From Mobula hypostoma (lineage: Eukaryota), in assembly GCF_963921235.1 (NCBI RefSeq), contig NC_086097.1, positions 190,528,001 to 190,592,000 on the forward strand: a DNA stretch of 64,000 nucleotides, in the 5' to 3' direction. Below are positions 10,845-23,544 of the stretch, one piece after another. The translations under genes and the position numbers were made by a program. Numbering within the stretch: the stretch's first letter is position 1; each line of letters opens with the position of its first letter. The notes beneath the pieces are model-generated. The model worked only from the letters and a program-made list of their open reading frames with translations. It did no database searches and was not told where the DNA came from.

Positions 10845-13612
10845 TAATCTGCATACTCCTGTCCAGTCCCTGGACAACAAGCCGTGTGAATTGACAGCCA
10901 GAATCTCCTATCAGTGGGAAACAAAGGAATGTAACATTTTGTGCTTTGTGGAGATCTGGTTGATGGAGGAGATACCGGATCATGCTGTCGAGCCCTTAGG
11001 GTGCTTCCTGTTCCCGGCAGACAGGTCTAAAAACCTCTCTGGGGAGAGTAGAGGAGGTGGGGTACGCCTCATGGTCAATAATGCTTGGTGCTACCCCCAG
11101 AATGTGCATGCCCTCAAATCATTTTGTTCCCCAGATCTGGGGTACTTTGAGCTGCTGTGTCGACCTTTCTAGCTGCTGAGAGAGTACACAGCTGTCATTA
11201 TCACAGCTGCGTATATTCCATCGCAGGCTGATATTGACCTCGCTCTTAAGGAACTGTATAAGACCATCAACACCTTGGAGACTATACACCCAGAGGGTGC
11301 TTTCATCACCAACGGAGACTTTAATTGAGCATTGCTGACTGAAGTCTCTCCAAAGATTTGTCAACACATCCAGGTGAGCACATGGGGAGTTAGCATACTC
11401 TACCACTGCTACTCTCCTGTCCACAATGCTTACAAAACGCTCCTCCGTTTGCCATTTGGGAAGTCTGATCACTCTTCCATCCTGCTTCTGCCCATGTATA
11501 GGGAGAAACCGAAACAAGAGGCGGCCATAGTTAAAACCGTCCACTGATTGGTCCAACCAATTAGTCAACATGCTACAGGACTAATTTGATGAAGTCAACC
11601 GGAATGTCTTTTGTGATAAGAATGTCTCCAATTTCACAGAAGGGGTCATGGACTTCATCGGGAAATGCATCAAAGATGTTGTTGCCCCCAAGAAAAAAAA
11701 AAATCGGTCAGGGTCTATCCAAAGCAGAAACCATGGGTCAACAGGTCCATGCGTGCTGCACTCACTGTGTGAGGCAGAGCTTTTGCCGCCGATAACCACC
11801 ACAAGCTCAAGAAATGCAGCTACAATCTATGCAAAGTCATCAAAGCAGCAAAGCTACAATACAGGGACAAGATCCAGACGCAACTCACCACCAACAACAC
11901 ATGCAATTTACGGCAAAGTTTGCACACCATCGCAGATTTCAAAACTAAATGCAATGGTGTTTCCAACATTACTGCCCCGCTCCCAGATGAGCCAAATCTC
12001 TTTTTTTTTAAACACTCAATTCGATGTTGCAAACACTGAGCCCCTGAGGTGACCTACAACTGATGCAACCTGGACCTTTGTCATCTCTGAGGCTGAAGTA
12101 CGCAGGTGTTTCCAACGAGTGGACAGCTGCAAGGCTGTGGGACCGGACCACATCCCAGGGCGGGTACTCAGTATGTGCGGGGCACAACTAGCAGGTGTGT
12201 TTACAGACATTTTAATCTCTCACTCTCCCATTGTAGAATACCCTCCTGCTTCAAAAACATCCACCATTGTCTCTGAACTTAAAAAGACCAAGGTAACATA
12301 TCTGAATGACTGGCATCCTGTCTCACTCACCTCAATAATAAGCAAATGCTTTGAGAGGCTGGTCAAGGTCTACATCTGCAGCGTGCTACCACTCACACTG
12401 GACCCCCTACAATTCACCTACTGACGCAACCAATTGACAGATGTTGCAATAGCCACAGCTCTACACAACGTCCTTGCACACCTGGAGAAGAGGGACACTG
12501 ACGTGGGAATGTTGTTCTTGGATTACAATTCAGCATTCAAGACCATAATTCCTGCCAAGCTTGTGAAAAAGCTCAGAGACCTCGGCCTTCACCCTGCCTT
12601 GTGCAGCTAGCTCCTGGACTTCCCGTCAGATCGCTGGCTGGTGACAAGAATGGACTCCCTCACCTCTGCCCCTCAACACAGGAGCTCCCCAGGGCTGTGT
12701 CCCAAGACCTTTTCTTTACTCTCTGTATACCCATCACTGTGTCACCACTTACAGCTCCAATCTGCTAATTATATTTGCAGATGATACAACATTGATTGAC
12801 CTTATCTCAAATAACAAGGCAGCCTATGAAGATGTCATCATCCTGACACAGTGGTGTCAAGAAAACAACCTCTCCTTCAATGTCGCAAGAACAAAGGAGC
12901 TGGTTGTGGAGTACAGGTGGAATAGTAACAGGCTAACCCCTATAGACATTAATGGATCTGGGGTTGAGAAGGTGAACAGCTTTAAGTTCCTCAGTAAACA
13001 CATCACTGATGACCTCACTTAGTCTGTACATACTGATTATGTGGTGAAAAAAGCACAACAGTGCCTCTTTCACCTCAGACAGTTCAATAAGTTTGGCACA
13101 AGTTCCCACATCCTAAGGACATTTTACAGGGGCACAATGGAGAGCATCCTGACTGGCTGCATCACTGCCTGTTATGGGAACTGTACTTCCCTTAATCACA
13201 GGACTCTGCAGAGAGTGGGGCAGACAGCTCAGCATATCTGTAGATGTAAACTTCCCACTATACAGGACATTTACAAAGACAGGTATGTAAAAGGGGCCCA
13301 AAGGATTACTGGGGACCCAAATCACTCCAACCAAAATCTATTCCAACTGCTACCATCCAGGAAATGGTACAGCAGCATTAAAGCCAGGACCAACAGGCTG
13401 TGGGACAGCTTCTTCCACCAGGCCATCAGACTGATTAATTCACGCTGACACAATTGTATTTCTAAGCTATATTGATTGTTCTGCTGTATATCTTGCTGTA
13501 CGTACTATTTATTACAAACTACTATAATTTGCACATTCAGATGGAGACGTAATGTAAAGATTTTCACTCCTCAAGTATGTGAAGGATGTATGAAATAAAG
13601 TCAATTCACTTC
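10845..13612 (+). mobile_element. Rex1/Babar LINE with near-complete decayed ORF (APE endonuclease and RT)
   Basis: VQSLDNK, GGGVRLMVNNAWC, GKSDHSSILLLP (APE); KAVGPDHIPGRVL, LNDWHPVSLTS, LDPLQF (RT); AATAAA plus tcaat repeat tail. Confidence 0.92.
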
Positions 13613-13989
13613 AATTATTTGCAACATCACCACACCAATCCAGTAAATGCACAGAATGACAATAGTAATGGTTCTGGATGTCATAACAGAGCAGTAAATT
13701 AGTGTTTCTGAGCTTTGCTTTACAATACATTGCATATTCTCTAATGTTCTTCACTTCAGAGCCAGAGCTTCATTTTGGTTAATAGCTTGTGGAGGAGACT
13801 CAATATGGTAGATATTTTATCTGCCTTAGGAACCACCACCAGTGGGTTACCCACTGTGTTCCATGTTCGATAACCTCCCATTCCTTCTACTTTACATTGC
13901 TCCACCTATGGCTTGTAAAAAAAACGTGAACTGGTCTCAGGTGATAAATGACTGGTTCCTCAGCAGTAACAAATACACGCCTTCAATCA

Positions 13990-14232
13990 CAAACACAACT
14001 TCAGCATAGCAACACTATGATCACATTGCGCTGCAATGGATTGTTTTTCATTGTTTTTTTCTAATTTTATTCTTTTTTGTAAAATATGCATATAAATTAT
14101 GTTTAATTTATGTTTTTCTTGTGAATGTTGCTTATCTTGTGCAATATGCCTCTGATGCTGCTGCTGCAAGCTTTTCATTGCATCTGCGCAAACAGGTCCT
14201 GTTGCATATGATAATAAACTCAATTTGACTTT
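13990..14232 (+). mobile_element. Rex-type LINE 3' UTR fragment
   Basis: gctgctgcaag...tttcattgca...ataataaactcaatttgacttt terminus, mirrored at 2912-3000. Confidence 0.6.
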
Positions 14233-15961
14233 GGCATGTCAGTTAAAAGCTGCTTGGAATTTCTTCAGACCCACAGGCATCTCCACCCATTGGAAAAGTG
14301 TTATCCATAGCCAGTCATTCTTCATTAAGTATTTACCATAACATTGTGAAGCAGACTTGATGGGCCAACTGGGTTAATTCTGCTCCAATATCTTATGGTC
14401 CATGGTCTTATGACTTACCATAATCACTTGCAGCTTCCTCGTCATGTCTATGCAGCAAATTATGCAAGAAATTTCCAAGACTTGTCTAGAGTACAGATGT
14501 GGAGTACTACTTCATCTTATTAATGGAATCACAACTAACAACTGGTTATTTGTTGATGCCATGCATTCCTGACGAATCTGCATCCTGAAAATTGCCACCT
14601 CCACTAAAAGACTATTGATTGTAATGTTAATCTAGTAATCATTGCGTTTTTGGCCCATGTCCACGGTGGTGAACATACATTGATTCTTGGGGCTGCCACG
14701 TGTATCGGGGTCACGCAGAAGTACTTTGAGTACTTCCTACCATAGTTGCATCACTCCATTTCACTTTTTGATGGAAAGGACTTCCTGCTGAAGTTGCTTT
14801 GTATATCCATCAGGCACAACACTATTGAACAAAAAGTGGATATTATTATCATTCTGTTCTTTTACTGGGCCAAAGCCCACCATTGAGAGTTACAACCCAG
14901 AAGGAAATGCATCATGTTCTTAGACACCATTTCCTTGCCAGTGGCCACTCTGCGTTCTAAACCACCGAGTCCATTATTTTGCTTGAACTTATTTTCTTAT
15001 CAGTTCACACACTAAACAGTACCACAACATCTGATCGCCAGTGTCCTCAGACTCACCACATCACCACTAACCCTGGTCACAGGGTGAATGTTCCAAACTT
15101 TCAACTCTTTAAATAAAAAACAAAAGTAAGTTTAAAATGTCCTTCTGGTGTTTTTAATACCTCCATGTATTAAATTTAATCTACAGTTCATCTCACGTCT
15201 TCAGCTGCACTAGAATCAACATCAACAACTTCTTCCCAAATATGACTGTATTGCTCTGTACTATATTCTTCCTCAGACTTCAACAGCATTGCTTGCCCTA
15301 GAAACATCGCCACTCCTTTGATACAGAACAAACAGCTGGGACTACTCACATTTGCCAATATGTTTACTGCACTCATGTCCTACCATCATTTCTTCTCTAC
15401 TTGTTTTCTACTAAATTGATGCTATTTATTATTCTGCTACTCCCTAATGTAACATCTTGAGGCTCTTTGGTGTTTATGCCTGCTGAGGCAAATAACAGAA
15501 TTGAAACTACTAATAAAATATCCTTTATTGAAAGCACTGCTGCTGTAGCAGTGCATCAACAAAAAGATCACACCACATTTTTAAAGTAAACTGATATTCA
15601 AATGCTCCACAGTGATAGCTGGGTTCTCAGGCACATACATCATTCAATATATGACCACAAGTCTTGAAACGCAAATTAGGACAGAACTGAAGAACTCTTC
15701 TTGAACATTCCTGACTCTGCAAAAGTTGCTGCTGTTCACTGTTTATCCAGATAGCACCATGGCACTTGTTGCAAGCTCATGCACTTGCTCCTTCTCCACA
15801 TTTTGCATCTTATTACCAATTAATCAGCAGGTGACATGTGGACAGATTGGGGAAAAAAAGAGGGTGGCCAAAATGAACAAATCATTAGTACTACTAGTGC
15901 AATGATTTTGGAGTGTAAGAAATTCAAAGCTCAGAGTCCAAACAAAATATCACAAGCAAAT

Positions 15962-16737
15962 AATCAGAATCAGATCTATTATCACCGGCATGTGACATGA
16001 AATTTGTTAACTGAGCAGCAGCAGTTCAATGCAATACATAATCTAGCACAGAGAGAGAGAAAAAAATAAAATATGATAATAAACAAGTTAATCAATTACA
16101 TATATTAAATAGATTATTAAAAAACGTACAAAAACAGAAATACTGTATATTTTAAAAAAGTGAGGTAGTGTCCAAAGCTTCAAAGTCCATTTAGGATCAG
16201 ATGGCAGGGGGAAGAAGCTGTTCCAGAGTTGTTGAGCGTGTGCCTTCAGGCCTCTATATCTCCTAACAAATAGTATCAGTGAGAAAAGGGAATGCCCTGC
16301 GTGCTGGAGGTCTTTAATAATGGATGCTGCCTTTCTGAGACACTGCTTCATAAAGATGTCCTGGGTACTTTGTAGGCTAATGCCCAAGATGGAGCTGACT
16401 AGATTTACAACCTTCTGCAGATTCTTTTGGTTCTGTGCAGTAGCCCCTCCATACCATAGTGATGCAGCCTGTCAGAATGCTCTCCACGGGATAACTATAG
16501 AAGTTTTTTAATGTATTTGTTGACATGCCAAATCGCTTCAAACTTCTAATAAAGTATAGATGGTGTTTTGCCTTTTTTATAACTACATCGATATATTGGG
16601 ACCAGGTTAGATCCTCAGTGATCTTGACACCCAGGAACTTGAAGCTGCTCACTCTCTCCACTTCTGCTCCCTCTATGAGGATTGGTATGTGCTCCTTCAT
16701 CTTACCCTTCCAATCAGCTCTTTTGTCATACTGACGC
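15962..16737 (-). mobile_element. Rex1/Babar LINE 3' fragment (same subfamily as 6271-7292)
   Basis: VERVSSFKFLGVKITEDLTWS; (TCTGAT)n tail; very similar 3' UTR. Confidence 0.92.
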
Positions 16738-17277
16738 AATTTATTTTTTATGAGGCTTTGCAGTAAGTTCTGTTAAATTGCTCTGATTCTTCATAATAGG
16801 TATAGATTTGGACATTCTTTTGGTAAAATAGTGCAACAACCAACCCAATAATCTACAAACTTGGAAGTTTAGACTTCGTGGAATCTACATAGAGTACAAT
16901 TTAACATGGAAGCAGACCCTTCAATCTAACTTGTCCATGCAGACCACTGTGTCCAGCAAACTAGACATATCTGCCTCTATTTGATTAGTTTTAGATGGTT
17001 GAAGAATTGTTAATAGTGAGCTGAAACATCTAACACCCATTGGTCAGCTGGCAACCAATCCCAGGGTGGCTTTCACTACTTAATCGTTGTTCCAATCAAC
17101 GTCTTGAATGTTCTTGGGTAAATCATTTAAATAGTCATACTTTGGGATGTACACTTGAGTTTTAAAATTTTGTAGTTGCATGGATTACTGAAGAAAGGAG
17201 TATCTTGAGTTCCAGCGTTGTTCCATCTCCTAGCTTCACGTCTCATCAGTAGTTATAGGTGAGTGAACACAGTAAAT

Positions 17278-17288
17278 TGGTGATGAGG
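17278..17288 (+). promoter_or_regulatory. Putative tRNA-Ser primer binding site (CpG-decayed)
   Basis: TGGTGATGAGG equals TGGCGACGAGG after two CpG transitions; lies upstream of the gag remnant. Confidence 0.55.
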
Positions 17289-19080
17289 TGTTGTGTTATA
17301 TTGACATTGAAATTGTACAACAGCAGCAAGCTCAATTTGAGGTGCCCAAGCTGAAGTTAATTGCAACTTTGACCAGCAGGTTATCAATGAATCCAATGAT
17401 GCTGGTGTCAAACACTGAACAGAATTCACGTAAGTCAGTTGTTGTGTTTATTGCCGATTTCCATTTCGATACTGCTTCTTGAGTTACATTTAAATCATGT
17501 TTTAAACATTCCGAAGTGATATTCTGGGTTGAATTCACTGGTAAAGACGACTCATGGGAGTCATGTGTGACTCATTGTTTGACGAAACTGTCCCATAGCT
17601 AACAAGCATTTCTGGAGAGCAGTCATCTCTCTTCAGTGTTCACAATCAATGCCTAAAATGCATTAAGCATGACACCATAACTTCAGCACATATGCTGGCG
17701 TCATCAAGAATGTCAGCAATTGGTGAACCTCGTAGAACTTGAACCATGTCAATGCTATTTCCAATGGCACAGACATCACTTAGCCAGTCTCCAGGCCGCC
17801 AAACACATCTTGTTGGAACTGTCGTGTGTGGTATTATGCAAGACACTGCCAATGCAAGAAACACATTTGCAGAAAATACCAATGCCATGCTCAACCAGTA
17901 TTTTTGTCCCCTCCATCTTTAATGTCTTTTTGGCCAGTGGAATACAAGAACAAGAACTTTCAAAAGCCATCAAAATCTACAAGAATTTAATGACCATGTT
18001 CACAGTTGACTTCACCCCCAGGAGACAGTATATCAACATATTTAGCAATAGTTGGTCAAGCTACAACTTGATATGGCATCCGACATCACCATCATCTTGA
18101 AATGCACATGGTGGGCACGTCGGTCTCCACTAGTCAAATCAACTCATCACTCAGCCCGCAGAGCATCAGGTGGAACTCTCCAGCTGGTTTATAAATTACA
18201 TGTATGGTGAAGCTGAACGTAACCAAGTCAATGTATCTGTTGCCTAACGTACCAGATAGATCTTAATTTCCTTGGCATTGACTGGACGGACAAGCTTGAT
18301 TTCTGGAGCATTCCTCTGGATGAGGTCTGTACAAAGGCATTGGATGAAGCCTAACTCCAGGTAAACGTAGCAGAAACTTCACAGGAGCTTCTCACCATTA
18401 CAGCAGATAAGGGGTTGTTTTCTTTCCTCCATCTGCCTTTTGAGGTAAAGGCAGGTCCTTCAATTTTCCAGCAGTTATGGAAGCCAGTCTGAGTGGCATT
18501 GATGTTTTTGCTGCTCATCTCTACAACATCATTGTAATGGGCATGGATCAAGCAGAGCTCTGCCAATACCTTGTCTTGGCTGACCACTTTTTGAAGAAAC
18601 TGCATGACTTTGGGCAGAAAAAATGCAGCCTCCTGACATCTGCAATCAAGTATATGGGATTCATCATAGGTGAGCACAGTCGTTGCCCAGATTCCAAAAA
18701 CATTACAGCTATCTAAAGATACCTCAACCTGGGCCTGATCAGTCATTATTCAGCATTTCTCCTAGCAATGCACTGGCTGAGGGAGCCACTCATTGCCCTG
18801 CTGAACAAGGGTGTTATGTGGAAATGGTCCATACAATGCCAAGAGGCTTTTGACCAATCATTGCCATGATAGATGCTTCCAACTACAGGGTGGAAGCTGT
18901 CATATCCCATATCTTCCATGGAGGTTCAGAAAAAGCCATCATGCATGCAGCCAGATCACTGACCACAGCAGAAAGGAACTATGGAGAAATCCAGAAGGGA
19001 GCCTTGGGATCATCTTTGCTGTGAAGAAATTCTTCTAGATGCTTTATGGCAGACAACTCACTCACCCTACTACTTACAAG

Positions 19081-19112
19081 CCTGCTGCATTCACCAGCAA
19101 CTTTGATGTGTG
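19081..19112 (+). mobile_element. 32-bp Penelope-derived micro-insertion with 7-bp TSD
   Basis: TTACAAG at 19074-19080 and 19113-19119; insert matches 9082-9113 at 30 of 32 positions. Confidence 0.85.
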
Positions 19113-19769
19113 TTACAAGACACTGTTGTCTTTCTTCTGATCTAAGGCATCTGGATGTATGCAGCTAACCATCTACAACATGGGCAACGACAAAATAAAC
19201 AGATTTGTGGCTGCAATTTCAGTGGATTCTGAAGTCCACTGGGTTGTATGGAATGCTGCTGAAGGTCTTCTGGTCATGGTGAACAAGATCAGAGCAGGAA
19301 TAGCTGCAGACCTTCTTAATCAGCGTATCTCCAGATACCTCGTTGAAGGTTGAGGAAGTTGACGCACTCTTTTACAAATGTCATCAACTGCGGACTCCTG
19401 CCTGATACTTGGAGACAGAACAACAATTCCATGAACACTTCAACCAAAAGAACTGAAAGAATTCCACCGTGGTCACCCAGGCATCAATCAGATGAAAGCT
19501 CTGGCAAGAAGCTTTGTGTACTAACCGGGCATTGACGAAGATATCACATCTGTATGCAAACAGTGTACTCAATGTGTAATTATTTCTCAGGTAATATTAA
19601 ATGTACTAACATCTCTCAACTTATGTTGTTCAGTTTCTGATGCTTGCCATAGTTCTATGACGACCAAGTATTGAAAACATCTGCAAGCAGCCACAGGCAT
19701 CCTCCAGCTTCATCTCATAATCATTAATAACCAAGGTTACAGACACCTTCTGAAGGATGGAGTAATAAA

Positions 19770-20175
19770 GTTCAAATTTTATTTTATTTAGAGATATGGC
19801 ACAGTAACACGCCTCCTGGCCTAACAATCCCATGCCACCCAAAAAAGAAACAAGAGAAAATCTGCAGATGCTGGAAAACCGACCAACGCATACAAAATGC
19901 TGGAGGAACTCAGCAGGCCAGGCAGCATCTATGGAAAAGAGTACAATCAACATTTCAGGCCGAAACTCTTGAACAGGACTGTCCAATAGACCCAAGTGAC
20001 CAATTAATTTACAAAGTACTAACCCACGCGTCTTTGGAATGTGGGAGGAAACCAGAACATCCAGAGGAAACACCGCTATCATGAGAGAATGTACAAATTC
20101 CTTACAGACAGGGGCAGGAAATAAACCCAGCTTTCAACTGTAATGTTTTATGTTAACTGCAACACTACCGTGCCC
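19770..20175 (-). mobile_element. V-SINE/HE1-like SINE interrupted by a short PLE insert
   Basis: Reverse complement gives gtttcctctggatgttctggtttcctcccacattccaaagacg (V-domain-like). Confidence 0.65.
19848..19982 (-). mobile_element. Short PLE insert beginning at a degenerate hammerhead (19943-19982)
   Basis: Minus strand reads acagtc CTGTTCA agagtttcggcct GAAA tgtt gattgt, then the PLE terminus. Confidence 0.8.
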
Positions 20176-23100
20176 TCCCAGTGGTTGGCATAGCAGATCA
20201 TGTAGCTGCCATAGAGCTCCAGAAACTGGCCCCTGGTGCTACCTAGAGTTTGGATTCTGTGATTCTGACAGATTTGTCTGGATATTTCAGTTCCCTCACA
20301 ATTCCCAAAAATGTATAAGTGGTTTATTCGTTCCAATAAATTGCCTTTGGAGGCAGTTGATGCATATGTGAGAGAACTTAAGTTAAAAGAACATAAGTGT
20401 GGGAATAGGGCTGATGGAGTTGGCGTACTCACAATGGACTGAAGGTCTTCCTTCTGTGTTGTAAAATAAGTGAATTTGTCCCTTGTGATGAATAAAATAC
20501 CCCAGAACAGAATGCATAAAAGGCCTGAATGCAAGGAAATTATGTAAAAACTAAAGGTCATGGTTGGTAATATTCAACAGGTTATTCAGAATAAATGGAG
20601 AGAAATCCAGAGTTATTGATGGAAAAATGCTGAAATTAATTATTTCTTTTACCACAGATATTATCTGCTTGCTGAGTTTTGTGCTTGCATTGGGTGTAGC
20701 AAGGATACAGGCTGAAACAACACCTTATCTGTGCCACAGAGAAAACAAAAACTGGAAGGCAGAGATAATTAGCCAAGTCAAGGAATTTCATTATAGCTGG
20801 GGCACTGTCAATCAACAATTTGGAAAATGCCCAGGAATTCCCCATTCATACAGATCAAGGAAAATCTAACTTTACCATCCGTAATCAATATCAACTGTTC
20901 AATCATCAACAGTTCTATTAAGAACCATGTACTTTCCAATAAATTGCTGTCAAATATTTACCTCAAATAACACACTTCAGAGGTAGTGCAAAATCTTTCC
21001 ATTATCTATATAAAAATAGCACAAGTCAAGAACATGATGACTGTTGTGCCAACAGACAAAATGATCTGCAACATTAGTACAAAGCTAAGCACCTGTTTGG
21101 TACTCTATCGATCATCCTAAACTTTCTTTCCTTCCACATGGAGTACACAGTGATTGTGGTGGGTATTATCTGTGAACTGTATCTCATTACTCATCCAGAA
21201 TAGTCCAGCAATATTCCTCAATACCCCAGTGTCAACCACCAAGGAAGATAAGGTACATCGGAAAACCACACTTGTAGATTTTTCTCCAAGTCACACACCT
21301 ACCAGATTTGCAACTATTTCACCAAATATCTCAGATGACTACCCATTATTTATCTATTCCCTATTAATAATTCAGCATTCTGTAGTTTATTTTTTCCAAT
21401 TTCTCTTGGTCCTCCTGGCCCAAAAGATTAACATCTAGTATGGCTTTCATGGAAAACCCATCACTGCCTGGGCAAGATAACATGAAGTGTAGACTAAATA
21501 CGGATATCCGGAAACCTTATTTCAGCAGCTGCTTACAAATGCCTGCATCAGACAGAAGTGAAAGCCACACACAATCCTAAATTTACGTTGAACAATTGTG
21601 GTGGGGAAAAAGAAAACATGGTAATTTCAGTATCTGGTTTTAAACTGAATCCGTGGAGTTAACAATAGTAATATTTCTATTTAATGTCTTTTTTAAATAT
21701 ATGTACATTCCTTTAATAAATGCCATTTGTAGAATGAACTTTGAAATCACTGCCTTGCCACATCTCTAAATATCAACTGAATATCAACGATACAAAATCT
21801 CAAATTTTTAATTAAATTAGCTGAACTTTTATTGAATGTGTTCCCTTATGAGTCAAGCTCCATATCTATACAGAATGAAAGAGCACCAAAGGGAGTTATT
21901 TGCCCTATTTTGCCTATGCTGAACCTTGCTGACATCATCTAATTAGTCCTACCACCTAGTTCTTTCCATGTAGCCTTTTAATTCCAACTCCCCCCCTCAC
22001 TTTCAAGTTTTTAGCACTTTTTAAAAGTTACCACTGAATCAGTGTTTGGGGATATTTCACAAGGAAGTTCAAACCATAACAGCTCACTGCATGCCTTTGC
22101 TTTTTCCTCTGCCAAAGACTGTACCTCTCCCTTGTCGAGAAACAACCCTTGACAGTCTTCGTGATTTTTTAATACCTCCAATAAGTCTATTCAACTTTCC
22201 CTGCTATCATATTTCTTTCTTACTTCTTCTACAAGGCCTCATTGTCCTTTCAGAAGTGTGGAGCTCAGAATTGAAAGTAACTTCTACCTATGGACTAACC
22301 AGTTAATCAGTGTAACTTTCCTTTCGTTTCATATTTAATAGGTAATAGATTTTATATATTTTTAGTACAAGTCAAACTAACCACAACTATATTCTGTACT
22401 TCTAAACTGGGTAATGCTGCATTTTATTCCCATTAAATTCAGGATTACCAGGGTTCTTTGATTCCAAACTCCATCAAATGCTGACGATGCCATGAGTGGC
22501 CACTTTTATTTTGCTCATGAATTATTCTCTCTTGTGCTAAGGCTGTGATGAGATCTAAGACCCAATACCAGTCATAATAAGCATCAATCTGCATAGCATT
22601 ATCAAGAAAATAATGCTTAATAGCAGTGTTGAAAATGCCTACCCATCAATTTGCTGATGACTGATAATAAATTGATTATCCAAATTAGGTTTGCTTTGTT
22701 TTTATAAACAGCCCATAGTTTAACAGGTTTCCACATAGTTGGGTAGAGTAACTACTTGTAAGCACATTGAACAGTTTGAGTAGAGGCACATCCAGTCCTA
22801 TAGTGCATCCCGTGAGACACTATCTGGCTCCATAGATTTTGCTGCATCTTGTGTACTTAGCTATTACCTGATATCACATTGAATGAACAGAACTGTTTGA
22901 AGGTTAGTTCTTGTAATGGTGGACTCCTTTGTAGGAAGCTTGGTCAGCGGCAAATGTTTCAGCCCTGTCTTTAGCATAGGTATAGCTTCCCAGTGCTTTC
23001 CTGCAAGCTTTATTTCTAAGACAACTAGGAAGGTTGAACTCAGAGGAAATGCAGTTGCTACACACTTACTTTCCTCAGTAAATAAATGTCATACAATATC

Positions 23101-23544
23101 CCTTTAGGGTGACTTTACTTTATGAATGACCAAATTTTCAAGTACTGTAGATCCCAATTAATTGGGCCATCAGTTAATTGGGGCAGCTTGTTATTTGGGA
23201 CAACTCTTAAAGAACAAAAGCTGGTTAAGAAAATAGGCAGGATTCCCTTTGCTTATTTGGGACACAATACTACTTAATTGGGACAGAAGACTATTGCCAA
23301 ACTGTTTCTAATTAATGTCAGTGATGTGAACTTGCGTGGCATTAGACACTACACTATGCTTAAAACAGAGAGTTTTTAAAATAGCACCAGTTGTTTTTCG
23401 TTAGTTGGCAAGAAATAAGCAGCAAGACAATTCAGAATTGTTTTGTTTACTGCAGTTTCAAGCATTCAGGCTTAGAGATGCCAAAAACTGCCAGGAGTAA
23501 ATATGAATGGATTTCAATACTTCAACAATTTAGGAACTATGAAA

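Larger units (their letters stand above)
10110..14330 (+). pseudogene. Candidate highly decayed Gypsy/Ginger-type integrase split by later insertions
   Basis: Hand translation: LFDLLHCSVLYGLMQGIN*M (10110-10223), KCTE*Q (13645), PELH (13762), WRRLNMVDILSALGTTTSG (13790), in canonical order. Confidence 0.4.
17278..19760 (+). mobile_element. Decayed Gypsy LTR retrotransposon, Mag-like (gag-RT-RNase H-integrase N-terminus)
   Basis: GLFSFLHLPFEVKAGPSIFQQ (RT), AARSLTTAERNYGEIQK-ALGIIFAVKKF (RNase H), FHRGHPGINQMKALARSFVY*PGIDEDI...CKQCTQC (integrase zinc finger). Confidence 0.8.

Noticed and set aside
20148..20869. 137-aa and 101-aa ORFs
   Set aside because: They overlap a decayed SINE and AT-rich DNA, with no protein-like motifs
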